Shown: positions 26,992 through 40,683 of the stretch, piece by piece | How positions within the stretch are numbered: position 1 is the stretch's first letter | How the letters are laid out: every line of letters begins with the position of its first letter | Assembly: GCA_973851085.1 (NCBI GenBank) | Contig: OZ316776.1 | Span: forward strand, 12,152,001-12,216,000 | Direction: 5' to 3' | DNA length: 64,000 bases | Source: Ptychomitrium polyphyllum | Taxonomy: Eukaryota | Position numbers and translations under genes: made by a program | The notes under the pieces: generated by a model | Seen by the model: the letters and a program-made list of their open reading frames with translations, nothing else | Databases searched by the model: none | What the model was told of the DNA's origin: nothing

Positions 26992-29352
26992 ATGGGAGCC
27001 GAAAGTATTGCACATGCGGATGATAGCCAGGTCACCCAAATTCGAAAGCCGGACAAAGTTGAAGCTCTGGATGTTGCTCTGTTAGACATGCCGGTGAAGG
27101 AGATCCCAGATTTTGCTAATACCATTGACAGTCCGGATTGGGTCTTGAGCGCTAACCTACAGGAGAAGTCAGGCGAAGCTGCATCCGAACTTGGGGTAGA
27201 ATCCTCTAGTTTTGATACTGTCGATGATGTGAGCGGGAGTGGAAATGTCGATACTGGAATGTCCACGCCCACGGGATCTACAACTACGGAAGTGGATAAA
27301 GATGTTGACGTTGAAGGAAAGAAAAATTTAAGTGATGTTGCTAGTGTTGCGCCACAGGATGCTCTGCCACTCGCTGCAGAAGTGAAAGAGGACACGGGTG
27401 AAGAAGATTCTATTATCAAGACAGAAAACCTTGTGGAATCTCCAATTTTAATTGTTCAGCCGTCTACTGTTAAAGATAGCATAGCTCATGAGATCCAAGA
27501 GATGGAGGAGATAAGTCTGGAAGAAGTAGGCGAGAAGAAAAATCCTGTCGAGAAAGGAATTTCAGCACTCGTTTCGCAACCCGTTTTGAGTGTATCAAAA
27601 CTGGTGGAAAGTTTTAATAACATCAAAAAGAGTACCCCGGTTTTAGAAGCCGCTGAGGGAAGTAGCAAGCAGAGTACTACGGTTTCCAAGGAAGAGCAAA
27701 GAACCGAACCGAAACGAAGAACGGCCGAGGAGAACATCAAGGAAGATGCCCTTAGCAACAAAGAAGCTCCCATAATCGAATTGAAACCGGTTACTACTGA
27801 AACTATAGCAGCCGAAGTGCAAGCCAAGGCAGAGGTATCTAAAGCTTTTGAAAGAACCGAACGTGTAGAAAAGCTTGCTGTCCTGGCATCAAGTGCAATT
27901 GAAGCGCTGCCGGCTTCAAAATTTACAAGAGGCAAGTGATTTCACAATTTTCAGTTTTGCGTGGTCCTTGTGCATCATGTTTGAACTGCAGAACGTGCGT
28001 GATTGTTGAGGGAGTAAGATTTATTCTCTTCTATTTCTTCACGCTTTTTTTTTTCTCAAATGTTGTCTGATTCAGCTTATCAGATTTTCTCCCTAGAACT
28101 CAGGAGACGGTCTCAAACTTCATTTCTTTCTCGTCTCTTTTAAATTCCTCTTTTACAACTTACTGTTGAAGCTATGTAGTTTGAAACTGGCGCTTTATTG
28201 TCACAGTTGTCTCATAGGAACAATAACTACATTCAGACGTCTTTGTGTTTAGTATTTACAATCGGCATACTTCGATGGATTTCCTTTAAGATGTATACGA
28301 GATGTATACATATCTATAATCCTAATTCCTCGTTAGTTATAGCTCTGTTGTAATTTGCGAAAGCTGCCCTTTCCGGGCCTTTTCTGCCATCGTGGGCGAG
28401 AAAGCAGGTTTTCACATGTCTAGCTGTTACTATGAACAATCTTTTAAAGTGGACATTTAATATGACAAGTTTTAGTCGACGTTTAATTCAGCAATTTTCT
28501 GTGACAGCATGTTTGAGATCATTGTCTTATGACTGACATCTTCCTTTTCTTTCAGCTTCTGAGATTCAAGAAGCATCTGAACCGGTGACTCCTCCAACAC
28601 CGGAAAGAAGCGGACCAGTGATCAGGCTCACCAGGCAAATGTCGCGAGTCTCCACAGGCATGGGACCCATTTCTCCACGGTTTGAAATGCGTGCGGCCAA
28701 GGAAATTCAAGATTTGCATGAGAAAGTGAAGGTTATGGAAGAAGATTTGAGAAGGAAGGCCGCGGTGATTGAAACTCAAAGTTTCAATCATAAAGAAAGG
28801 GAAGCTGAATTGCTGAACAAGATCGAATGCTTGGAACTTGCAAACGAACAGCTCCTACAAGGTGGAAACGACTCAAGCATCCAACTACAAATGGAACTTA
28901 CACGCCTCCAGCGTCAAAATTCTGTTCTCCAACTCCGCGAACGTGAGCTACAGTTTCAAATCAACACTCAAGAAATGATCAAGACACAGATGCTTGACAA
29001 AAGACCAGCTTATGCGGAGCCGGCTAACCCATTAAAGCAGCTTGAGTCCAAAGTTGCTATTCTGGAATCCAAGCTTGCGGAAGCTGTTGAAGTGAGCAAC
29101 ATGTATAAAATTCAGCTTCATGAGGCTTTCACCAGGCAAAAATCTATGCAATCTGCTTCTTTGTTGAACCTTGGCGATGGAGAAGATGTTCTCAAAGAGC
29201 TTCAGAAGTTGAGGAAACGGACAAAGGAGCAGGAGACCGAGCTTCTGGACTTACAGGACCGGTTCTTCATCATCAGTGTGCACCTAGCTGAATCTGCTGC
29301 TCAGAAAGAAGAGCTTCTTTCGAAATTAAAAAGATTACAGGGTGGAAAGTAG
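26992..29352 (+). CDS. Two-exon protein (~578 aa): acidic low-complexity N-terminus plus C-terminal coiled coil resembling plant 'myosin heavy chain-related' (NT-C2 family) tails
   Basis: Exon 26992-27931, GC-AG intron 27932-28555 (AG|GCAAGT ... cttttctttcag|), exon 28556-29352. The phase-1 junction joins the two long ORFs in frame. C-terminal LESKLAEAVEVSNMYKIQL and ETELLDLQDRFFIISVHLAE...KEELL recall, from memory, the tail of that family. A GC-rich region at ~25450-25900 suggests a non-coding first exon. Confidence 0.8.
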
Positions 29353-32300
29353 TAGGGAGAGAAAGATTACAGACTCCTATTTCTTTGAGGATAGCAACTA
29401 CGCTCTCTTTCATGGACAGGCGTGCCCAGGTGGTCAGAAGCTCAAACATTACATGCCAGTTTCCTCGGCACATGGTACACATGTTAGTAGTTGTGGTGAA
29501 TTGAGCTGCATTATCATGTTGGGGCCTCTTAGAATCCTGGATAAGGAAATGAATTTTGCACTACTTTATCACTTGAGAGACTACCTATGTGAGCATATGG
29601 TCTTGGCATGTTTATGTTCCTATTGCACAATGCCCTGGGGTTAGAGAAGCAACTGAAATGAAGAGTCTTCATGTGAACTAATCTTCAATTCTAGTAGATA
29701 TGTTTGCAGGGGTTTCTTGAGTTCATCAGATTTCTGTAGTGATGAGGATTAGCAGGTGAACAACTTAAGTTTTTGTCATGTAAAGAGTCATCTGAAAGTA
29801 TTGGCACTACATCACAAGCTCCCATGTGGACATGAAGCATATTTCATTATTGATGTAACATGGCATTAGCTGTAAACATTAAGCTGCTTCCATTCAAGTT
29901 CTTCTAGCAACTGCTCCATTAGATAGGTGGTATGGTACCATAAAGTATATGGAATTATATAGCATATGGCAATAATGGCCATAGCATTACTGTATGCATA
30001 TACATATACTATCTTGTGTACCTGTTGTACTGTATGATTTTATGCTACATCTGAATTGCTCCCAGTAAGAGATTTAAGATCTAGACTTGGATGTAGGACA
30101 ATTACTCCATGCCGTTTAGCTCATTCTCTAAATTGTCATAGCATATGAAGTAATCAGTGAGGATTTTAATGGCCTCAGTTGAAAGGAACTCCTCCCATGG
30201 AGTTCCAAGCATTCAATTGCACAGACTACCATATAAGTTAACTTTGCTGAATCAGGTGGATTTTGTACTGTATTGGGATGGATTGCAGGATGCTGGAAGA
30301 CGCATTTACTGCTGGCCTCCTGCCTGCTGAAATATGGGAATTTAATCTGCTCACCTTTTTGAGTTACAAAAATTCCAATCTGTCAATCTGTCTCTCCATA
30401 GCTCCTCTGTGGCTCCAATACATAAATTCTTAAGCAATGAAAAACCTCACCTTCTGGTAAGCGGCTACCAATTCTAGTTCTACAACAATTTAAACTAGAT
30501 CTACAGGGAGCTTAGTCCTTTTGATTCCAAGCTAACCAATTATAATACTAAATGGCTTTTCAACATCTTCAAACTCCAACGTCTGTTTTATCTTCTTAAT
30601 TTAAATTTTTTAACAGTATGTTTTTGGATGAGTTTCATTTTGTTTGAGCTAACGGGTGAAACTCATTGATAGCAGATGTTCCGAGGATTTAAACGCTTCA
30701 TTTACTTTTGAAAGCATTAGTATAATTTGGATTACAAACTTTTTAGTTTTCTTTCTTCTTTTCATTACTGCTTTACAATCCACAGAGTGCAGCCACACGC
30801 TAGTGCCATGGTATTGGTAAACTAATGGTGGTATTACTATGTCCACGTGACATATCAGTAGCGTTCATACGGATGGAAGAGTACTATATTCACACTCGTA
30901 CTTATTAATAATCCTCCTGCAGAACTTTGACAGGCAATCCCAATTTGGTTGAAAATATTCCGCACATCATTCAAAATTCAAGTGTTGCCCATCTCTCTGG
31001 AAATATTTTGTGAGTCTCTTTCTTTCCAAGGCTTTACCAAAAGACCAATATTATAAACAAAAGATCAATATTTTACTTGAAGTAGAGTTTAAAAAAGAAC
31101 TCTGTATAGAACATATCTAAAGTATACTTCTTACATAATGAACGTTTTATTATTTCATTGCTTACATGGCATTTTTTGGTTGGTTGCTGTAGGAATCCAT
31201 CTACACCATGGAATGTGAGTGATTAGTATTACTCTAGTAATGTTTGGGCATCTAAATTAGAATAATGAACATTTCCAAACTTATCATTTTTCTATGGTTG
31301 ATTAGTATCTTCATTTATAAATTTAATATTTAACTCTTAAATTAGTTGTACAACATTTGAACAAACTAGATCCTACAACAACTTTGTATAAATATTTTAT
31401 ACCCAATTAATAGAAAACATATTTCACCATAAAAATTGACTTTTTTTATTCAATAAACAATCCTTCGGAAATGGAATTCCTTCTTTTAGTTGCTCAATTT
31501 TTTAAAGTCTCCAATGCCAAGAATTTATCACTTGAAGCCCATTTGATTTGGAAAATACCAACATTCTTTTAAATAAATTTTGTAAATTTTTTTTTATTGG
31601 ATTTTTAAAAGTTTTATTAGTAATAACAAAAGTAGAGAAATAACTTTTAAATTACAATCTATGATTTCTAGTTTAATAAGCTTATCAAAATAAGCTTCAA
31701 AGTTAGATTTTATAATACATCTTTTATAGTGATGAATTTTCCATGTGGTAAATAAAGTTCTTCAAATATGCATGGAAGTCTTGAGTACTATTTCATAAGT
31801 TGATATGGACCATATGTGATATTTTTTGAAATTAACATGCTTGTAAAAGAATGTGTTTTATTATTTAATTATTCCATAAGATAGCAAAAGTATAATCATT
31901 TTGAGTAAATCTACAATCTTCATTAATTGTTGTTTAGCTCTAAATAGATGTTGTTCCATAAAACAAGGAACAAAACTCCTACCTTTGATTGGAGATTGGA
32001 TGGTAAATAGCAAAAAACTTATTCTTATCACATTTTTTTTTTTGGTTTCTTCATTATGCATAAAGATATTATAAATCCATATTTGATTTCTTCAACCTTA
32101 TGTTATAAGATTCCTTCATTGTATATCCTTCTCTTTATAATCTATTGGAGTCATATCTTGCTCAAAGAAAAACAAAATATTCTTACAACTTCTAAAATCA
32201 ATCATTAATTCTATATAGCAAGTAGCATGGATTGAATTTCATCATTAGGCTTAATTCCTCTAAGTAGATGTGGTCAATTTTAAATTTTTTTTTAGAATAT

Positions 32301-33950
32301 TTTGAATAAAAATGTAGCACATTTTTATGAAATAGCCATATCTACTTTTTATTCTCTATTTCTTGCAAGACAAGGCTCATATTAAACTTGTATCTAGCAT
32401 TTATAGAATTCTACAAAGACTTTTACCTAAATACATCTTTTTAAATGTATAAGAGTTGCCATCAAAATTTGGCTAATACAAATGGATCATTTTGTACTCT
32501 ACTATATTTTTCCAAATTTTCTAAACTCTTGTATGCATTACTTAAGGTTCTACCTTATGATTCAAAAAACATGGCTGTAATTTGATTCATTTTATGCTTC
32601 CTTTTATTTTCTTCGTCTTAATGTGTCTATTAAGAAATTCATTAGCATTATTTTATCTCTTCTCTTTTGACACTATTAAAAAGACAACAATACCTTCCAA
32701 TTTCCTTCCTCCTCCCGCCAAAAATAATCCAATTTTTCTCCCAATGAAATAAATATACCTTCATTGGTTTTTTTTATATCCCTTCTTTGATTTCAATGAG
32801 GATCTTAACATAGAAGTTTGCTAAGATTCATATTTAATGTTAATAAAAACTTCAATGTTGTATGTTTTGAAAAGAAATACCATGCCAAAATATATCTTTT
32901 AACTTTCCAAATCCTCTAGCCCCTATCTATAGCTCATATTTTCCTCTTCACCACTTATACCTTCATTTTATAAGTAATACTTTTCCTACACTACCTTCTT
33001 AGTTGCTGCCTTCTTTTTACTTTTTCTATTATTTTTTACATTGGAAATTTGGATTTTGTTCTTTTCTTAGTCTTTTTAGCTTTACCTTCTTTTTTGGTCT
33101 TGGCTAGAAGATTTTTATAAGCTTTACTTGTTTGTATATAACTTTTTTTCTTTTTAATACAATGTATCAACATATTGGATTTTTATCAAATGTTATCTTT
33201 ATAAGAGTAAAAGAAAATGTTGATGTTCTTGAGAAGAACTTATTTATTTTAATTTAGAAAGCATATCATAATAATGACAATGGGTGATAGCAACTGAAAT
33301 CAACATTAATGTTGGAATGTAGATTTATCATCAAAGTCAAGTGCTTTTGCTAATGAAGAATTAAAACCTTGGAAGAATCCAATGGAGCAATTTACTATTT
33401 AGAAACAAAATATAAAAAATTTAAATACTTCTATTTAGATACATGACATTTTTGAAGCTACTTTTTTAAATATCCTTTTTCAAAAGGACAACTCCATCAT
33501 CTAAATGTACAATTCTATTATCAAAAATTTAGTCAATTGAAGATTGGAGAAACATAAATATCAAACTAGATTCACACCTTCATGGATTCATTGCCACATA
33601 CCTTCAATATTAATTAGTAGAATTATTGTAAATAACATTAGATGGTTATATTGTTAAATTTTAAGAGCCAATTCAAGGCTATATTGAAAAGTGAAGATGA
33701 ACCTCAAAAGAAAAGAAAAGAAATAACTTTTAATGAGTTTTGGACCAAATGTTTTATTGGTAAGAGTTATTTTTACTTTCCTTTTAAGGTCCCGTTCTTA
33801 TAATTTAGAGTTAAAGAGTATGAACACAAACAAACCAATACAACTATTGATACTTCATTTTATGGTAACATACAGGATGGGTAAGACATACTACAACTAC
33901 TTTATATAATTTACAAATTTCTCCATTATTGATTTTCCACTTCTCAAAGT

Positions 33951-34254
33951 GAGACCATGAGACCATGAGACCATGAGACCATGAGACCATGAGACCATGA
34001 GACCATGAGACCATGAGACCATGAGACCATGAGACCATGAGACCATGAGACCATGAGACCATGAGACCATGAGACCATGAGACCATGAGACCATGAGACC
34101 ATGAGACCATGAGACCATGAGACCATGAGACCATGAGACCATGAGACCATGAGACCATGAGACCATGAGACCATGAGACCATGAGACCATGAGACCATGA
34201 GACCATGAGACCATGAGACCATGAGACCATGAGACCATGAGACCATGAGACCAT
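33951..34254. repeat. Perfect octamer tandem array (GAGACCAT) x38
   Basis: 304 bp / 8 = 38 uninterrupted copies, ending ~505 bp upstream of the GPX ATG. Confidence 0.98.
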
Positions 34255-34759
34255 GAGGGTGAGTTGCTCCACCTGCAACTGCAAGCTTTTGCGCATGCTA
34301 AAATTGAACTGAAAAGGTCTTACGCAATCGCCTTTCTGATTCACCTCAACCTTCTCTTTACCCTGGCTGCCTTCGCATCTCGTCCTGCTGGTCATCGCAT
34401 CATGAGCTCGGTGTAAACGGGCCCCTAGTGAGGAATCCGCAACATGGACACCTGAACCCTCCAACTGGTAGACTGCCACCTCCGCGTGGCGGACACCGAA
34501 TTCTCTGTCCAGTAGTGCATCATGTGTGACCTTTTCCAAAAGCTCTTGCTCTGGCCACACCGCTCCCTTCAACTTCACGTGTTTCACACGACAAGTCTCA
34601 CACCTTCCCACCCCCATCTCCATCACACAACACTTTGTGCCCACATCTGCAGTCCAGCTCCACTTCTCCTGCTTCGAAGCCACCACCTTGGCTCCTTTTC
34701 TCTCCCGAAACTGCCCTCTTGCAGCTTACTTTGCCCACCTACTTCACCACCGTCACGCC

Positions 34760-35254
34760 ATGGGCTCCATATACGACTTCACCGTCAAGGACATCGATGG
34801 GAGCGAGGTGGAGCTCAGCAAGTACCGGGGCAAGGTGCTGCTGATCGTCAACGTGGCCTCCAAGTGCGGCTTGACGAACACGAATTACACGGAGCTCGCT
34901 GACCTCTACACCAAGTACAAGGGTCAGGAGTTCGAAATCTTGGCGTTTCCGTGCAACCAGTTCGGGGGGCAGGAGCCCGGGCCGAACGAGCAGATCAAGG
35001 AGTTTGCGTGCACAAGGTTCAAGGCGGAGTATCCCATCTTCGATAAGATTAATGTGAATGGTCCTCAGGAGGCGCCTTTGTACAAGTATTTGAAGTCGAA
35101 GAAGGGGGGCAGCTTTTTGTTAGGGGATAGCATTAAGTGGAATTTTGCCAAGTTTTTGGTGGACAAAAGCGGGAATGTTGTTGATCGGTATGCACCGACC
35201 ACTCCTCCTTCCAAGATAGAGAAGTCTATTGAGAAATATTTGAATGCCAGTTAG
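34760..35254 (+). CDS. GPX: Glutathione peroxidase (plant Cys-type, PHGPx-like), 164 aa, intronless
   Basis: [14 protein letters not shown]..., signature motifs [14 protein letters not shown] (Cys = TGC, not Sec), LAFPCNQF and [10 protein letters not shown]. The ATG is in gccATGG context, and the ORF is uninterrupted to TAG. Confidence 0.97.
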   Translation: MGSIYDFTVKDIDGSEVELSKYRGKVLLIVNVASKCGLTNTNYTELADLYTKYKGQEFEILAFPCNQFGGQEPGPNEQIKEFACTRFKAEYPIFDKINVNGPQEAPLYKYLKSKKGGSFLLGDSIKWNFAKFLVDKSGNVVDRYAPTTPPSKIEKSIEKYLNAS

Positions 35255-38200
35255 GTGTAGTTTCGAAGAGGGTTGTGATTGTATTGGTTTCAAAATAGTT
35301 TTAGATTCATAGCATTGCCTATGTATAGTGATAATTTTGTGAATTTGGAGATTAGAATCATAAGCGGACGATTTGTCGTAGTGAATCGCTAAGTTTCATG
35401 CTGGGCTTTGCAGAAATGCTAAGCATAGATGTACATGCTGGAACTTGGAAGGGTTAAGTCACAGGCATAAATTCATGTCTAAGCTTTGCAAGTGTTGATG
35501 TTCATTATCCTTGAAGAAGAGATTTTCAGCTGTGCGTCCAGGCAAAAAGAGATTATGTAATGGTTTTTGGATGTTTATTTTGCACTACCACATGTAGCAT
35601 TGCTAAATGCACTAGCTTGGCAACCAGTTGAAACGACCTGCAAAATAATCTTGACACCAGGAAAAAGTTCGATTACAGTGGGTTAAACCTTGTCATTACG
35701 ACACACCCTTTTCTTAAGGAAATTTTTGCATCATTCAAAAGTCCAGACTGTATCTGTGTATTTAACATATATTATACTTTGTAGAAACAACATTACTTCC
35801 TCAATGCAGTGGTATAAACAATTCAAGTCGTTAAATATCTGGGGTCTTCATAGTTTGGTGAGACAATTCTGTTCTGTGCAGTTAACTCATGTGTCCTGAA
35901 CGCCACGGTTACTTGGTCCTTTGCGCTCGTGTGATGCACGTGGGAGATTTTCTCTGACATGAAAATCACAGAACTCATCAACTAGCCTTTAAAGCTGATT
36001 CCTTGTGCCAACGGTAGATCGGGACCGAAATTGACAGTACTGCACAGAAGCGAAAGATGGATATCAGTAGAGAAATACAGAAGACAACCTCTTTAATTCT
36101 TTATGAGATCTAATTGTGTTAGCCCTGGAATTATTATCTCTGACGACAATGAATAAGTTAGATGGCAAATTGAATGTGGCAAGGACAAATTCAAGGAGAC
36201 AGTTTTGACTCGTGAGTGGTATGAGTACCAAGTTTTACAGTACATACACATTTTTCCAAGAATCACTGCCCGCTTCCCTTCCACCTCCAGTTGGTTTTCT
36301 TAACTTTTGGCTCTGAGCATCAGGTTTTCTGGTCTTGATGAGAAGTCGAAGACACCCATGGGTCGCTGTTTTAGTCACTTCCAGTTAATTCCTCACCTGA
36401 GAATAAACTTTTCCTAAGGAAGAGTTTAACTTATCCGAAAACCATCAAGAAACTTAAAAAACTTCTGTAGGAGGAGAATGTACCTCCATCATGGCGTATT
36501 TTGACCTGGCAACCACACCATACTAATGTAAGGAAATTTATGTTTTAACATATCATTGTACTCCAGGATCTCACAGTGCTCAATCAATCATACAGATTAT
36601 TTGGATCATCTGTTTGTGTACGTTAGACATACCACTTTGAGATTTAACAAGATGCTCACATTCAGAAGGTATTATAGAACCGCTGAGCTGTCTACTCAAC
36701 TCAATTGCACAGTCACACCTATCGATGAACTCCTGTAGAGCAGTAGCAGAGGAGAAGATCTTGAGTAGGAACTTTGAACCTATGTAGAACCTTGAACTTC
36801 GTAAACGATGGAACTGTCTTTTTAGAAACACCCATATTTGAAAGAGTATGGACTTTGCACCCCACACATACTTGGACTCCTCGGATGCCTTCGGGACAAA
36901 TCTTGACCATCTTAAGAGAGACAAGCTTGCCCAAGAGGGAGAGTTTCATGCGTAGGCCATCCCCTATTTGTCCCACTATTTCATCCCTCTTTGGAGCAGG
37001 AGTCTGCACAAGGTTTAAAGTCCACGCCAGTGTCAACAAAACCTACCCAAAAAATAAATATTGAAGTGATCAGATTCAAAATGCATCAGAAAAAAACACA
37101 CCGCAAAAGTCGTCACTGTCAACCACAGGAACAAATTAGTGACATTTACCAGAACTGATGGTAAAAAGCTGCATTTCAGCAAATTCTGTGACTTAATTGC
37201 TCTCTACCTACTCCAAAATATGTTCATAACTTAGTCCAAATCTTTGAGTATACTATGCCGGCATTATCATGCTTTGTCTTAAAAACATTCTCTTTGTATG
37301 ATCATTAAAATCGTGATTCAAAAATCATCAAGAATGCAGAGGGCTTTTACTGATCGCTTGGAACATGGCTTAAAAGGTGGCTGTTGCAATGAGAATGCCA
37401 TAGATCAGAGCTTATCAATAGAAGCCGAACAGTTGCAGAACGATCACTAAAACATACAGACAGGAATCTATTTAGATTTGTATACACCGATGAAAACAGA
37501 GGCAGGGGTATATCACCAGCATCCACATCCTGCGAGCTTCCGCAGAAGCTGTCATGCTCGCTTCGTAATCTTCTAGTGAAGCTTCTCTCACGGTTGCAAT
37601 CGGCTGCATGACATGCACCACTTTTCATCACAAAGGCCTACACCCTGCTCATAGTTTCTTCAGTCAAACAAAAGAATGAAGTCAACTATTACCACCTTGA
37701 CAGAATGCTGTGCTCTCATATCCACACACGCAGTGCAACATAGAGAAAACACAACACAGAACAGAAACCCCAGTTGTTATACCTGATTGATACATACACA
37801 CCCCACCTCCATTACATTCCAGATTCTCAGCAGCCAGCCCCACCTCCAGAAAGACACATTGTTTTTACTGATTTCATTCTTTCATGTTTCATTGCATCCA
37901 TTCAATTCATGTGTTTATCGTTTCACATATCTACAAGGCGTGAAACAACATGAGGTTTTTATTGACCTCTCACCCTACAAAACGTAGGGCACTACGCATT
38001 TAGTAAAAAAGAAGATAATGTCTCCCTCCATCTATAATGTTATAAACTTCATCAGTACTTTTAAAATAACTTAAAGTAATGTCAAACAAACATGTTTCAA
38101 AACTAAAGTTTTATAATAGTCTTAAACCTAAATTAAGTAGAAAAAGAAAAAGAAAAAGAAAATGCTCATGTACTCTAAAGTTTATATTTATTAATACCAT

Positions 38201-40683
38201 AAATAGAACACATATTTGTGATCATAATTATTTGTGGGACTAATGTCTTTGGAATCAATTATATCAATTTAAAAAAAAATTGATGCATATTTTGAAGATC
38301 ATTATGCTATCAACATTTGTAAGATAGTCTCAAAATGTGATTGATTTTTATTACAAACTTGGATAGTGTGGTATAATAATCTTTCAACATTTAGATTGCC
38401 TTTCTTCAATCAAATGTGATTAATAGATTTTAGATTTAATAAGATTTAAAATATTCCATTTGTTTTTTCAAAGTTTCAACATTGTTAATCTTCATCACAT
38501 ATATGGTATCTTTTTTTGTAATATGTGTTTTTTTGTTCATTCTTTTAAATGGTTTTTATAAATCATAATCATAGTATTAAAGAAAATTTATTGAAATACA
38601 AATAAATGTTCTATACTAATAAATGTTAACAAATTAACAAAAAAATTGTGATGATGAAAGTAAGAAGATAAATTTTTAATTAATAAAAAAAGGTACTTTT
38701 GGAATGTGAAACTAGTGAAATTACGATAGGTGTGTTTGATGGTAGGTGGTTTCTACTATTCTACTTTTTCATCCAATTAATCAAATGTGTCTATTACATG
38801 ATGCCAAGGTGTTGATGTGTTGATTTTCATGCTTGTTTATAAAGATGTACTTGTCAAGCAGCCACCAATTTACTAAAGTGATTTTAAACATATCTTTTTT
38901 ATTTCAAAAAAACAGGAAGGCAACGCATTATGCAAGAATCTTATAAAGATTATGGTTGTAAAATCATTGATAGAAGAATGCTTAAATGTCTATGATTTGG
39001 ATGAAAAAATAAAAAATTCTAATTAAATTTGTTGCACTATGTAAAATGTCCTTAAGGATCCTAAAACTGCATCTTGAATTTTATTATTGTAAAATTTGCC
39101 TATATCAAGCATGCAAAAAGGAAGAGCTTGACTCTCAATATCTTATATATTTCTTTGTTAAATGAGCGCATAACCACTTTATCTTATATAACATCTTAAC
39201 AAAATTCCAAAAAATTTAGGTTCATTTTTTACTCCCAAGTAAGTTATGTTCTATTAGCATTTGAAGATCTACCATTTTACATGTAGTATCTATTATTTTT
39301 GATGACAATTAGAAGAATATGCAACTGCAATTCTTGAATTTGGTATCAAATTGAATATTCAAATTTGAAATCCCATGAAACCATAAGCAACTTGTGATTT
39401 GAGAGAATTGGTTTAAGGTGTATTTAGGCTTGACTTAAGACAATTTTAAATTATGCTCCAACCCAAAAATACAAGTAGTACCTTGTTCGAAACAGGAGTA
39501 CATTGTTAATTGGATATCTCCTGACAAACAAGAGAATTTTAAGTAAGCTGTGACCCAAAATTTACTTGTAAATTCAATTAAGAGGGCAATGATCCATAAC
39601 ATAACAAAATAAAAATGATAATAATATATAATCGAAGTTTAAAAAAAATCATTGGAAAACTCAAGTTAAAAGCTTTTGCCTGTGTCTAATTTAAACAAGA
39701 AAGTTTGAGATTTCAAAAATTCAAAAATTAGAATTTATTCGTAACTTTTTGGATTTGCAACTTCCGTGTGATTATAAGAAATAAGTCTCTTTAAGTTTCA
39801 GGGAACACTATCTACAATTCAAGACGTTTAGTGTTTCAAACCATAGCCATCCATTGAAAAGTGATCATGATCCACAACAAGAAATTGAGTAGGACCCAAT
39901 CTACTCAATCACCTCTTCTACCCTTCTATTACAATGTCAAATATACACTATATACTTCCTTTAATAATCTTTCATCCAGTATCGGAATGCCACTTCATGG
40001 AGTGCATAATGGCATCCCACTGCACTCGAGCAAGACAACTCCAGACGAAAGTCAACTATAGAGCTTACGAATGTTTAGAAGATCAACAATTTTGATATCC
40101 TGATAAGAACCCCAAGATAAGTCTATCACATCCTTAATAAGCAACAGCTGAGGCTGCGGGTTTTGACTTCCAGAAGCAGTTGTCATCGCTGGCAAAAAAC
40201 CAGATTGAATCAAGAAATGGCTTGACAAATCCACTTCTTCAAAATGCTACCTTAATGGTCAAAACTCAATATCAAAGTTGAACTCTCCATGTCTGCGAAG
40301 ATTGTGCTAGTGCATAGAAGCTGCAGAACAACATAATGAATCATTACAGGTAAGAAATGAAGAGAGATTTAAACTTTGCTGACCTATTTTCAGAAGTCCA
40401 AAAAGGTTATCAATATGATTTCATGTGATTCTTGCTTGTGACATCAGCAATATACCAAGAAGCATATAACTGAAAGGACCAAAACTGGAAGAGAATGAAC
40501 TGGACCAGATAATATGTTGAAACAACCATAGCTTCCAACGAGAAACACAGCCAGTGGTATATTGCTTACCTGGTATTAACTCCTCGCCAGAAATATATTC
40601 CTATATGCTGATTCACCTTCGCAAGCAACAAGTTTTGGCTGCATCATCTCAACAAGCCGTTCTACCTGAGATATGCAATATCA

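Noticed and set aside
26946..27935. Ser-rich minus-strand ORFs (157 and 149 aa)
   Set aside because: Antisense shadows of the acidic plus-strand exon.
31100..33800. Possible decayed transposon in a very AT-rich block
   Set aside because: No readable transposase motif, terminal repeats or TSD could be identified by eye.
33844..34686. 280-aa and related minus-strand ORFs with (MVSWSHGL)n repeats
   Set aside because: A by-product of the stop-free 8-bp tandem array, which gives the same peptide in all three frames. The flanks resemble no protein.
34864..34868. Selenocysteine in GPX
   Set aside because: The active-site codon is TGC (Cys) and there is no in-frame TGA.
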